From Candidatus Altimarinota bacterium (lineage in GTDB: Bacteria > Patescibacteriota > Gracilibacteria > UBA1369), in the NCBI GenBank assembly GCA_041752875.1, contig JBGSVP010000003.1:122803-186802 (forward strand): a DNA stretch of 64,000 bases, given 5' to 3'. Below the pieces are notes generated by a model. It did no database searches, was not told where the DNA came from, and saw only the letters and a program-made list of their open reading frames with translations. The position numbers and the translations under genes are program-made. This document shows, one piece after another, positions 29,598 to 38,556 of this stretch (its first letter is position 1; each line of letters opens with the position of its first letter).

Positions 29598-31268
29598 CTA
29601 ATGGTTTTTAGGAGTCAGTCCGGCCGTTATCGAGGCCATCTTACTGATCAGCCCGGCATGGGCGGCGGAGATTTCAGGATTGGCTTCAGGCTTTGGCGGC
29701 AGAATCGTGGCCCCGCCTTTTGGAGTTGGTGCGCCTCCCTGGTCGGCATCATTAGCAGGTTCATCCGGTTCAGTATCATCGGCGACATGAGTCGTAGCTC
29801 CTGTCTGGGTGTCCGCGGGCGGATTGGGCGCTCCATTCTGCTCAAATACGGCAATCCCCGGCATCTCATCAGTCAGGTCGTTTATGGGAATTCCGCTCAA
29901 TACCTGGAAAATCCTACCCCTTATGTCCATCCTGATCTTTTTTTCTTTACTTTCGTCTTTTTCGTCAGCGACTTTTTCTTCCCAGAATTTTTGCTCCAGC
30001 AGATTCCTGATTCTCCACTTTACATATGTTCTCACAGGTACACGTTCGTTCTTCCTCTTGTATTCCTTCAGTTCCGGCGACAGCACGCTTGCAGGATGGT
30101 CCGGAAGTTTCATCTTCACCTCTTCACGGAACGCGTTCACATAATAGAACTCCAGCGCCAGGACAGCCGATTCCAGCATTTCATCCATTCGCGTCAAATA
30201 TGGTTTTACACCTTCCTTTTCAGCCTTTTTCACTTGCAGGATCATGAACTGGTCAAACGCCCTCTGGTTTATCTCGTTAAGAAAAACTTTCGGATCCTGA
30301 CGCAGGTCTTTCAGCACTTCGGCTTTCAGGACGGTATGCACCACCTCAAAAAAATCGGCCGCCGCATCGACTATCCTGTCGGGAATCTCCAGCAGTTCCG
30401 GCGGATAGAATCTGTGTGACCGAAGTTCCGTTCCGTTATTGACAGGTGATTCTTTTCTGTAACGGCCGGCCATCCTCTTCGAGTCGGTCCCCTGCGGAAG
30501 ACTCCCCAGCATATACGGACGCACGCGCCTTTCCTCGCGCTCGGTGGAGTCTTTGATTTCGCCCATAGACTGGCCTTCGCGATAGTTGCCGGTCGCGGCC
30601 AGAAACCACCCCGGATTTGCGGTTATGGTTGTCTCACGCCCCGGAAAATCTCCCAGATGCAACTCCGGAGCTTCGTTATACACGTTTGGATTATTCGGAC
30701 GCTCCGTCGGCTCAAGAATTACCTGCCTTTCTTCCGGCTCAAGATTGTTGATCTCATCCACATGCAACAGCCCGCCCGTCATCATGGACAAAGGCAGAGC
30801 CCCCAGCCTTCCTTTCCACGTGCCGTTGTCGCGCACATAGGCCCACAGGAACTTCTGTTGCACGTTCATACCTTTTTCGCACTGCACACGGAAATATGGG
30901 ATATTCAGCAGATATGCGAAAAACTTCAGCATACGCGATTTACCGAACCCCGGAGGCCCCAGAAACAAAGTATGGTGGCCGATGGCATAGCGCATCATCG
31001 CCGCCTGCAGAAACTCTATTTCGGCCGGACCGAAACTCAAGTCCGCGAACTGCTCCGCAGCGCCGTCGAAAACCGGAATCTTTTCTCCGTCTTCCTGCCC
31101 CGGAAACCGGTCGATCTCACCATCCCTGCGCCGTATCTTTACGCCAAGCACATTCGAATACTCCACAACGCGGTCAAGCTCCACATTAAATTCGCGTTCT
31201 ATCTTCACCGCTCCTCCGGCGAACTCCCGCACTATCTCCGTATCCCCGTTTTCCGATGGCTTAAACAT
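29598..31268 (-). CDS. AAA+ ATPase, AAA_5 / MoxR / CobS-like class, with low-complexity Pro/Ala/Thr/Asp-rich C-terminal tail
   Basis: Walker A LFLGPPGFGKSRM, Walker B GGLLHVDEINNL, and a sensor-1-like FLAATGN. The N-terminal extension before the P-loop resembles the CobS layout. The tail reads NGAPNPPADTQTGATTHVADDTEPDEPANDADQGGAPTPKGG. Confidence 0.8.
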   Translation of the reverse strand: MFKPSENGDTEIVREFAGGAVKIEREFNVELDRVVEYSNVLGVKIRRRDGEIDRFPGQEDGEKIPVFDGAAEQFADLSFGPAEIEFLQAAMMRYAIGHHTLFLGPPGFGKSRMLKFFAYLLNIPYFRVQCEKGMNVQQKFLWAYVRDNGTWKGRLGALPLSMMTGGLLHVDEINNLEPEERQVILEPTERPNNPNVYNEAPELHLGDFPGRETTITANPGWFLAATGNYREGQSMGEIKDSTEREERRVRPYMLGSLPQGTDSKRMAGRYRKESPVNNGTELRSHRFYPPELLEIPDRIVDAAADFFEVVHTVLKAEVLKDLRQDPKVFLNEINQRAFDQFMILQVKKAEKEGVKPYLTRMDEMLESAVLALEFYYVNAFREEVKMKLPDHPASVLSPELKEYKRKNERVPVRTYVKWRIRNLLEQKFWEEKVADEKDESKEKKIRMDIRGRIFQVLSGIPINDLTDEMPGIAVFEQNGAPNPPADTQTGATTHVADDTEPDEPANDADQGGAPTPKGGATILPPKPEANPEISAAHAGLISKMASITAGLTPKNH

Positions 31269-31297
31269 GTGTTTTAAAGTTAGAGTTATATTATTTA

Positions 31298-33751
31298 TTA
31301 TTCGATATGTATATCCAGTTCCCGCTCGATCTGTTCTTTGATGCGCTGTGAATAAGTGTCCGGAAAGCAGATCATCGTGCGCACCACCACATCCAGATAG
31401 CGGATAAGTCTCTCCGTGGATTTTTCTATCAGAAAATTGTTTTCCCCATAAGTCCGTGCCGGAGTGGCAATCTTGGAAGCCCCCGCGGTCTTAAGAACAA
31501 AACAGAAAGCCTTCCCATCAAGCGCCGATTGGGTCAGCCTGATCTCTTTCAACACAGCTTCCATGGCGTTTTTCGCACCCAGCTCTATCGCCATCTCATC
31601 CCATAGGTCGATCGCGAACTTACGCTTCGCGGAAGGATTATGCTTCAGTAGTCTGTCCCTTTGCGTCTTCAGCGCCGTAGCGTCCTGCACAATCGGGAAA
31701 TTGCCTCCCTGTTTGGCCGACTTGTTCAGCACCATCAGGTTATCCACAATCTTTTCGTAATCCGCCACCGGATCGTCGCCGAAACTCACCACCACCGGAA
31801 CCGGGGTTTTGCCGGAAGTTTTTTTGACATCGGGAATATCCTGCGAAAAAAGTATTTCCAGATCCAGATGTTGACGGATTTCCGCGTCGCTGTGGATCCT
31901 GCAAAGGAACAGGATAAGCTTAAGCGCCTCGCTGACCGGCATCGCCACCGTTCGCCACAAAACCGAAAGGTTTATCTTTTCGCGTTTTTCCACCTTCGTA
32001 TTCAGAAAAATCTTCCCGCTCTGCTCCAACCCCATTTCCTGACGTATCTCATCCATCACCAGTTCAGGGACATACAAGGTGTCCTGCGGCCGATCAGTCT
32101 TCTTCTTCGCTCCCTTGATTACGCTATGAATCGCTTCGCGCCAGGCAAATATCCTTTCCTGCATATCAAGATTCTCATCCAGCCAGGCTTCGGTCTCCTC
32201 CAACTCCCGCGGGGCCAGCTTAATCAGGTCTTCCACCGGCAGACTGTTTTGCGAAAACGGTTTGGGATTAGGCTTTTCATCTTTCTGCGGCATCGGCGGG
32301 GGATTGTCCTCCGATTCCTTATGCGAAGGCATGGTCGAAGGCACGGTATGCGGACGCAACTTCTCGTTAATCGCGTCCTCGATAACCTTCAGCGCCTTAT
32401 CCGGATCGCCGAGTAACATCTGCAGAATCTGGTTCAGCAGGTTTTGATTAATCTCTTCCTGCATCTCCTTAGACATCTCTTCAAAAAGTTTCTTCAGAAA
32501 ATCCCGCAGAGGGTCGGAAATTCCCTCCACCTTCACCGCCGGGCCCAGCAGGTCAAAATAGGTTTCCGGTTGTTTGGCCGTAGCTGTGCCTTCTCCTTCA
32601 GTAGGTTGTGAATCCGGCTCGTCCGACAAGCCTTCCTTAAACCCCGGAGCGCCCTCCAGAACCTCTTTCACCTTCTCCGCCTGTGCATCCGCTATCGTCT
32701 CCGGTGAAATATTGTTTTTTTCATAATCGGCCTTGTCCATCTGTTGAAAGGCGATATGGTACTGCAACTCGTAATTCAACTCCTCATCCATCGACGAAAG
32801 TTTTTGCTCCAATAGATCCTTAAGTTTTTGAGGAATCCCCGCGTATCCCGACCAGAACAGCCCGACTGCCGAAACAGCCTGATGGATAGCCTGATTCTCC
32901 CGGTCCCTGCTCACCAGCACTTTCTGATAATCCCCGGCATTAATCTTGCTTATCTCTCCATAAGCCTTCCGCGCCTTGGCCTTAACTTCAAGTTCATGCG
33001 GATTCCTTGCCGGAATACAAGCCTTGTCTTTCGCGATGAAAAGTATCTGTTCACGGTGAACTTCCAGAAGATTCTTCACTCGCGGATTGGTCAAAGGATG
33101 GATCTCCCCGAAAGCCCAAATCCGCATCGCTTCACTCTCGAACTGCGTAAAAAGAGGAGAGAATCCCGTCTTCAGAAGAATTTCCCGATCTCCGGAAATC
33201 CAGTCCTGCCTGCCGTCCGGTCCGAAATTAAAATCCACACAGTCCGTCATGTTCTCCTTAAGATCGGGATGATGAACCATAATCCTCTGGTCGTTACGGC
33301 AATCCAGCAGAGCGTTAGCCAAAGAACTGATTCCGACCATACCCCACTCCTCCTGCGAAATCCACAATTCCGAAGGCCGCCGGTCAATCACCAGATGCCC
33401 CGCCTCATGTGCCGCGTCCGCAATCAAAGAAGAAACCACCTTTTCTTTCAAAGATTTTACATCGATTTCCCCTTTGCCCGCCGCAAGCCCTCCCAAAATC
33501 TTCTTTTCCCATGTAGAAATCATCGCCTTAATCATCCCCAACCCTAAATGTATCTGTCTGGTACCTAAAGTAGCGAACATCTTTGTATCCGCAGTAAAGA
33601 CAACCTCGAATTTCCTATCCCCAAGAACCCCGACAATAGTATCAGTCATCTCCCCGGCCAAACTCTTAATATCCTCCGCAGAAAAATATTTACTAACCGC
33701 TTCAGCGGAGCATATTTTCTCCAAAACCGGATTGATATTCGGCACCTCCAT
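31298..33751 (-). CDS. Large partner protein: N-terminal HExxH (putative metallopeptidase-like) region, acidic/Pro-rich linker, C-terminal VWA-like alpha/beta region (CobT- or DUF2201-like architecture)
   Basis: AAHEAGHLVIDRRP lies at about residue 165 from the chosen start. The central linker reads SDEPDSQPTEGEG...ESEDNPPPMPQKDEKPNPKP. The C-terminal ~250 aa alternate beta and alpha segments with no clear DxSxS MIDAS motif. I moved the start to the ATG at 33751 (MEVPNINP). The track ORF adds 59 codons that would overlap the divergent gene and its promoter. Confidence 0.7.
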   Translation of the reverse strand: MEVPNINPVLEKICSAEAVSKYFSAEDIKSLAGEMTDTIVGVLGDRKFEVVFTADTKMFATLGTRQIHLGLGMIKAMISTWEKKILGGLAAGKGEIDVKSLKEKVVSSLIADAAHEAGHLVIDRRPSELWISQEEWGMVGISSLANALLDCRNDQRIMVHHPDLKENMTDCVDFNFGPDGRQDWISGDREILLKTGFSPLFTQFESEAMRIWAFGEIHPLTNPRVKNLLEVHREQILFIAKDKACIPARNPHELEVKAKARKAYGEISKINAGDYQKVLVSRDRENQAIHQAVSAVGLFWSGYAGIPQKLKDLLEQKLSSMDEELNYELQYHIAFQQMDKADYEKNNISPETIADAQAEKVKEVLEGAPGFKEGLSDEPDSQPTEGEGTATAKQPETYFDLLGPAVKVEGISDPLRDFLKKLFEEMSKEMQEEINQNLLNQILQMLLGDPDKALKVIEDAINEKLRPHTVPSTMPSHKESEDNPPPMPQKDEKPNPKPFSQNSLPVEDLIKLAPRELEETEAWLDENLDMQERIFAWREAIHSVIKGAKKKTDRPQDTLYVPELVMDEIRQEMGLEQSGKIFLNTKVEKREKINLSVLWRTVAMPVSEALKLILFLCRIHSDAEIRQHLDLEILFSQDIPDVKKTSGKTPVPVVVSFGDDPVADYEKIVDNLMVLNKSAKQGGNFPIVQDATALKTQRDRLLKHNPSAKRKFAIDLWDEMAIELGAKNAMEAVLKEIRLTQSALDGKAFCFVLKTAGASKIATPARTYGENNFLIEKSTERLIRYLDVVVRTMICFPDTYSQRIKEQIERELDIHIE

Positions 33752-33832
33752 CGTACGTTTTACATTAAGGTTGACTTGATAGCAAAATATAGCTAAATTT
33801 TCAAGCCTAAAATCCAAAAAAGATAAATTCTT
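33752..33832. promoter_or_regulatory. 81-bp divergent promoter region between the two arms of the locus
   Basis: Plus strand: TTGACT (33771-33776), a 17-nt spacer, then TAAATT (33794-33799). Minus strand: TTGAAA, a 17-nt spacer, then TATCAA, overlapping the plus-strand elements. Both leaders are short and lack a Shine-Dalgarno sequence. Confidence 0.45.
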
Positions 33833-35023
33833 ATGCCAAAAGAAACCCCGGAACCAAAGATCACACAACAGGATGTGGAAACCTTCATAGCACAGGTAAA
33901 AAACAGCAAAGAATACGACGATCCGCAATGCCGTGAGGTCATCGATGAAGTCTCGACAATTATCGGCTATTTATTTCTCGGCCCGGATATCACAGAACAC
34001 CCTGTCTATCTGGAAATTTTAGATAAACAAATCACAGCCATCGCCGCGGCAATCCAAAAAGCGCAGTACTGTTCTAAAATCGCAACCGGCGAACTCGCGC
34101 CGGAGGTCGAAGAACTGATAGGAACCTTGTCTGCCGACTACCTGAAAGCGACAGAAAACCTTGCATGGTACGGAATCCTGGAATCCGCAGAAGACGGCAA
34201 AAGATTCTACACCGCCGACTACGACGGCAGTGCCGAGCCTGATGGAAAAGGGGAAAACTTCACCGGTGAAAAGATACCAATGCCGGAATTTTCGGAAGTC
34301 ATAGGCTGGCTTACCCCCGCCAATGCCGCGCTATACCGGGAATATAAGGAAAAAGGATTGGAACCGCGGCTTCAGATGACACCACTGGCGCTTAAGCTAA
34401 GGACTTTGGCGGAAAAACTTGATGCAAAAAAGGAAGAGATCAACACCCGTGCCGGCAGTGAGCTAATCAAAAAAGACACTTTCATCTGGGATAAAAAAAT
34501 GGAAACAGGAGAAATCGATGAAAGCCAGTTGTGCTATGAACCGGAGCAGTTGGAAGCATCGGAAGACGGGAAAAGTCTGACGGTCGGAAACGGATTGACC
34601 AAGTCTGAATTGATTAACAAGTACAACGGCTGGCTGGTGCAGATAGTACCGATGAAACAGGATTTGGACGCCGATCCGGATAAGATCAGCAAAGAAATAA
34701 CGGAAGGTGGAAAAGTCAAAAAAATAGAATTATCCAATGCCGAAAAGTCAGCACTATACATGAAAGAAGCCCGCGGGCGCGGAGAATCCGGCATGGGCTA
34801 TGAGGATGATTTGATTGCACAAATGAACTCCCTAGCCGGAGATTCTCCAAAACCACTGGAAAAAGATTATTGGACTATTTTACCGGAATCGACCTTTACA
34901 AAAATAGAAATTATTGCCGTTGGCCGCTGGGACGGTGTTCGGGTCAACTTGACCATGCGCAATTCCAGCAATCAGAACTACAGTCTTCGCTGTCGTCGTT
35001 CGGCGAGGGTTTTAAGAGCTTGA
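33833..35023 (+). CDS. Paralog 3 of uncharacterised family (396 aa, long subtype; mosaic)
   Basis: The N-terminal ~78 aa are nearly identical to paralog 5, and the rest is nearly identical to paralog 4. C-terminus LRCRRSARVLRA. Confidence 0.85.
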   Translation: MPKETPEPKITQQDVETFIAQVKNSKEYDDPQCREVIDEVSTIIGYLFLGPDITEHPVYLEILDKQITAIAAAIQKAQYCSKIATGELAPEVEELIGTLSADYLKATENLAWYGILESAEDGKRFYTADYDGSAEPDGKGENFTGEKIPMPEFSEVIGWLTPANAALYREYKEKGLEPRLQMTPLALKLRTLAEKLDAKKEEINTRAGSELIKKDTFIWDKKMETGEIDESQLCYEPEQLEASEDGKSLTVGNGLTKSELINKYNGWLVQIVPMKQDLDADPDKISKEITEGGKVKKIELSNAEKSALYMKEARGRGESGMGYEDDLIAQMNSLAGDSPKPLEKDYWTILPESTFTKIEIIAVGRWDGVRVNLTMRNSSNQNYSLRCRRSARVLRA

Positions 35024-35035
35024 TCTTTGATTGTT
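34074..35035 (+). repeat. Direct repeat copy A (~0.96 kb) of the paralog 3/4 body
   Basis: Aligns by eye with 36668-37626 at a constant offset of about 2.59 kb. There is one 3-nt indel and scattered substitutions, and the last ~120 nt are more diverged. Confidence 0.85.
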
Positions 35036-35145
35036 GATCCTTTCATTGATTATTAATCTTTGATTTTCTCACTAAACACCAGTTTGGCAAAAAGGTTTTC
35101 AGTCGCTCGCATGCTCGGCGGATGGTTGAAAAGCCTGCCATGATT

Positions 35146-36267
35146 TTATGTGATAAAATCCAAATAATTCTCCCGGTTAATCACTTCATAACTACTTCCC
35201 GGATAATTATCAGTCCAGTCCTTGGGGGCTTTCACCTGTTCATTTCTCCACTTGAATTCATAGCCGAAAAGCTTTCCGTCTCTTTCTTCAATCAAATCAA
35301 TCTCTTTTTGGCTGTAGGTCCTCCAGAAATAGGAATTTGCACTGTGTTTTAGATACTCATTCCTTTTTAAGCGTTCGATTAGCATGAAGTTCTCAAAAAG
35401 TTGACCCTGGTCGTTGCGTTCGTCGAATTTATTGAAATTCGCAATTAAGGCATTGCGAACACCTAAATCATAAAAGAAATACTTCGACATCTTGCTGACT
35501 TCATTGCGTAAGTTTCTTGAGAATCCGGATAAAGGGAAAATCACAAAAGATTTTTGCAGCAAATCCAGATAATATAGTGTCGTTTTGACATCAATACCCA
35601 GTTGCCTGCCTAATTCATGGGCGGAAACCTGTGAGCCGATTTGGAAAGCCAGTAGTTTCAATAACTTTATTATGACATCTGATCGCTTAATACGATCAAA
35701 TTCCAATATATCCTTGATTAGATAGGAGTTGGAGATATTTTCGATAATATCGCGTTTTTCTACATTTAACGCGGAAGTGATAACTTCAGGGTAGGAACCG
35801 TAAATCAGATATTCTTCCAGTTTTGTTTTTAATTCGGATTTAGCCATCTTTGATGATAATTCCAGCTGTGAAATCGGAAACAGTTTGATAACTTTTTTTC
35901 TGCCTGTTAAAGATTCATCCGTTTGATTTGCCAACTCAAATGCCGAAGACCCGGTTGCGATAAAAATCCTGTCCGGATGCCGGTCGGCCATAAGCTTCAA
36001 GGCATTACCGATATTGGGAATCTTCTGGGCTTCATCAATTATTATCATTTGATAATTCCCGACATGATTATCGGTCGAATCATAAGTGCAGGCGGAAATA
36101 TTCCTGGCAAGTTCAAGATTATCTCCCGTATCAAAACGATAGCTAAGTTTGGTGCCTTCAAGAAAATTCTTGATTAATGTGGTTTTGCCAACTTGTCTTG
36201 GTCCATAAATAATCAATACTTTACCCGCTCTGATTATATCGTTCAAATCGTAGATTCTTTTTAACAT
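35146..36267 (-). CDS. AAA_14 / DUF4143-type ATP-binding protein
   Basis: Contains VLIIYGPRQVGKTTL (Walker A) and MIIIDEAQK (Walker B). The C-terminal region is typical of DUF4143 proteins (YFWRT...EIDLI). It is on the opposite strand to its neighbours and sits between the two repeat copies. Confidence 0.8.
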   Translation of the reverse strand: MLKRIYDLNDIIRAGKVLIIYGPRQVGKTTLIKNFLEGTKLSYRFDTGDNLELARNISACTYDSTDNHVGNYQMIIIDEAQKIPNIGNALKLMADRHPDRIFIATGSSAFELANQTDESLTGRKKVIKLFPISQLELSSKMAKSELKTKLEEYLIYGSYPEVITSALNVEKRDIIENISNSYLIKDILEFDRIKRSDVIIKLLKLLAFQIGSQVSAHELGRQLGIDVKTTLYYLDLLQKSFVIFPLSGFSRNLRNEVSKMSKYFFYDLGVRNALIANFNKFDERNDQGQLFENFMLIERLKRNEYLKHSANSYFWRTYSQKEIDLIEERDGKLFGYEFKWRNEQVKAPKDWTDNYPGSSYEVINRENYLDFIT

Positions 36268-36287
36268 TGGAATCAGATTAATTACCT

Positions 36288-36366
36288 ATAATATAGCCCA
36301 ACTCCACATATTTAGTCAAATTTGTGGAGTTGAAATCCATGAATTTAGTGGAAATTGTGGAGTTGA
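36288..36366. promoter_or_regulatory. Promoter of the DUF4143 ATPase gene overlapped by three copies of the motif AACTCCACA(A)
   Basis: On the minus strand: TTGACT (36319-36314), an 18-nt spacer, then TATATT (36295-36290). TGTGGAGTTGA occurs at 36323-36333 and 36356-36366 (33-nt spacing), with the inverted copy AACTCCACA at 36300-36308. Confidence 0.45.
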
Positions 36367-36377
36367 TGATGGTTGCA

Positions 36378-36406
36378 TTGACAAAAAGGGAAATATTTCA
36401 CATATT
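36378..36406 (+). promoter_or_regulatory. Sigma70-like promoter for paralogs 4-7
   Basis: TTGACA (36378-36383), a 17-nt spacer, then CATATT (36401-36406). The ATG at 36427 gives a leader of about 14 nt with no Shine-Dalgarno sequence. Confidence 0.45.
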
Positions 36407-36426
36407 AGCCCCCTATATTTTTCCCC

Positions 36427-37614
36427 ATGCCCAAAGCCCCCCCGGAACAGAAACTAACAAAACAGGACGTCGAAAACTTCCTCCGCCAAGTGGAAGACAG
36501 CAGAGAGTACGAAGATCCGCAGTGCAGGGAGACAATCGATAAGATTTCCCAGCAGATCAAATCATATATTTCCTCACAGGGAGACCTGGAAAACACAATA
36601 GGCCTATCGCTGATCGGGAAAAAGATAGATGAAATCGCCACGGCAATCCTCAAAGCAAAGTACGGTCCTAAAATCGCAACCGGCGAACTTGCGCCGGATG
36701 TCGTAGAGCTGATAGGAACCTTGTCTGCCGACTACCTGAAAGCGACAGAAAACCTTGCATGGTACGGAATCCTGGAATCCGCGGAAGACGGCAAAAGATT
36801 CTACACCGCCGACTACGACGGCAGTTCCGAGCTTGATGGAAAAGGGGAAAACTTCACCGGCAAAAAGATAACCATACCGGAATTTTCGGAGGTCATCGGC
36901 TGGCTGACCCCCGCCAATGCCGCCCTATACCGTGAATACAAGGAAAAAGGATTGGAACCGCGGCTTCAGCTCACTCCGCTCGCCCTTAAGCTAAGGACTT
37001 TGGCTGGAAAACTTGATGCAAAAAAGGCAGAGATAAATGCCCGTGCCGGCAGTGAGCTAATCAAAAAAGACACTTTCATCTGGGATAAAAAGGAAACAGG
37101 AGAAATCGATGAAAGCCAGTTGTGCTATGAACCGGAGCAGTTTGAAGCATCGGAAGACGGGAAAAGCCTGACGGTCGGAAACGGATTGACCAAGTCTGAA
37201 TTGATTAACAAGTACAACGGCTGGCTGGTGCAGATAGTACCGATGAAACAGGATTTGGACGCCGATCCGGATAAGATCAGCAAAGAAATAACGAAAGATG
37301 GCAAGGCCAAAAAAATAGAATTAATCAATGCGGAAAAGTCAGCACTATACATGAAAGAAGCCCGCGGGCGCGGAGAATCCGGCATGGGCTATGAGGATGA
37401 TTTGATTGCACAAATGAACTCCCTAGCCGGAGCCCCTCCCAAACCACTGGAAAAAGATTATTGGACTATTTTACCGGAATCGACCTTTACAAAAAAAGAA
37501 ATTGTTGCCGGTGGTTTCTGGTGCGATGATCGGGTCGACTTGGGCGGGGGCGGTTCCAGCAGTCAGTTCCGCAATCTTCGCTGTCGTCGTTCGGTTCGGC
37601 TTTTAAGACCTTGA
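36427..37614 (+). CDS. Paralog 4 of uncharacterised family (395 aa, long subtype)
   Basis: MPKAPPEQKLTKQDVENFLRQVEDSREYEDPQCRETIDKIS. The body is nearly identical to paralog 3. C-terminus LRCRRSVRLLRP. Confidence 0.85.
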   Translation: MPKAPPEQKLTKQDVENFLRQVEDSREYEDPQCRETIDKISQQIKSYISSQGDLENTIGLSLIGKKIDEIATAILKAKYGPKIATGELAPDVVELIGTLSADYLKATENLAWYGILESAEDGKRFYTADYDGSSELDGKGENFTGKKITIPEFSEVIGWLTPANAALYREYKEKGLEPRLQLTPLALKLRTLAGKLDAKKAEINARAGSELIKKDTFIWDKKETGEIDESQLCYEPEQFEASEDGKSLTVGNGLTKSELINKYNGWLVQIVPMKQDLDADPDKISKEITKDGKAKKIELINAEKSALYMKEARGRGESGMGYEDDLIAQMNSLAGAPPKPLEKDYWTILPESTFTKKEIVAGGFWCDDRVDLGGGGSSSQFRNLRCRRSVRLLRP

Positions 37615-37626
37615 TCTTTAATTCTT
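36668..37626 (+). repeat. Direct repeat copy B of the paralog 3/4 body
   Basis: See copy A (34074-35035). Confidence 0.85.
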
Positions 37627-37650
37627 GAATATTTTTTTGATACCTACCCC

Positions 37651-38550
37651 ATGCCAAAAGAAACCCCGGAACAACAACTCACAAAACAGGATGTGGAAAC
37701 CTTCATAGCACAGGTAAAAAACAGCACAGAATACGAAGATTTAGAATGCCGTGCGGTTATAGATGAAATCTCGACGCATATCCATAACTTACTTGTCGGA
37801 CCGGACATCATAGAACACCCGGTCTGTCTGGAAATTTTAGATAAAAAAATCAACGCCATCGCCGCGGCAATCCAAAAAGCGCACGAAAAAATGAACCAGC
37901 CCGAATTACCAGAACTGCTTTCACAAAGCTACGACGAAATGGCCGAAGTCCTTAAATATTTTGGTTTCGGCCATCCATTTATACTTAAAACATGGGTAAT
38001 GGAAGCTGTAAAGGCACTTCCTCTACATATGGTGGAAACGGTAAGGAAATTCGAAAAGCCGACCATAATCATCAGCCCGGCATGCGGCTTTGGAGCGAAA
38101 ATAGGAACCATAAAAACAAGTTATCCGCATTGCATCAACTGCTCCCCATCCCATGACCATGAACTTTGGGGTCAGAATCCGACTAAAAAGATAGTAAGCA
38201 TCGTAGACGGGATTGAATCCATGCCAGGCCTTGCCTACATCAAAAACAATATGACGATCGACTCAAAAATAGACAGATACAAAGAGGAATATAGAAAACA
38301 TCATCTGGAAATGATGGACATAAACGAGGCCGCAATGCTGGTGATGAAATCCCTGAAGACAGGAGAATACATAGACGATTCCTCACTCAACGGCACCGAA
38401 ACGTACTATAGTATGCATGGCTCCAACTTCACGCCCAATGTCCACTGGGAATCCGTTAACCAGAACTTCGATTTCAATACATACCACTTTTACGGAGCCA
38501 TGAGCCACAAAGTCCGCTGCCGCCCCTCGTTGAAACTATTGGAATATTAA
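37651..38550 (+). CDS. Paralog 5 of uncharacterised family (299 aa)
   Basis: MPKETPEQQLTKQDVETFIAQVKNSTEYEDLECRAVIDEIS, FEKPTIIISP, LWGQ...VSIVDGIESMP, AAMLVMKSL and the C-terminal VRCRPSLKLLEY. Confidence 0.85.
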   Translation: MPKETPEQQLTKQDVETFIAQVKNSTEYEDLECRAVIDEISTHIHNLLVGPDIIEHPVCLEILDKKINAIAAAIQKAHEKMNQPELPELLSQSYDEMAEVLKYFGFGHPFILKTWVMEAVKALPLHMVETVRKFEKPTIIISPACGFGAKIGTIKTSYPHCINCSPSHDHELWGQNPTKKIVSIVDGIESMPGLAYIKNNMTIDSKIDRYKEEYRKHHLEMMDINEAAMLVMKSLKTGEYIDDSSLNGTETYYSMHGSNFTPNVHWESVNQNFDFNTYHFYGAMSHKVRCRPSLKLLEY

Positions 38551-38556
38551 ACACCC

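Noticed and set aside
29547-31277. Plus-strand ORFs of 290 and 206 aa (29547-30419, 30657-31277) plus smaller ones
   Set aside because: They are antisense to the AAA+ ATPase gene, whose Walker A and B motifs fix the coding strand. Their translations are Arg/Phe/Ser-rich nonsense.
31661-33547. Plus-strand ORFs of 251 and 239 aa
   Set aside because: They are antisense to the 817-aa HExxH/VWA-like gene. Their composition (many R, H, L, F) is typical of reverse-frame artefacts.
33752-33928. 59-codon N-terminal extension of the 876-aa track ORF
   Set aside because: The extension (MRIVVFFAVFYLCYEGFH...) would overlap the divergent paralog-3 gene start and both promoters. The internal ATG at 33751 gives a clean 81-bp divergent spacer.
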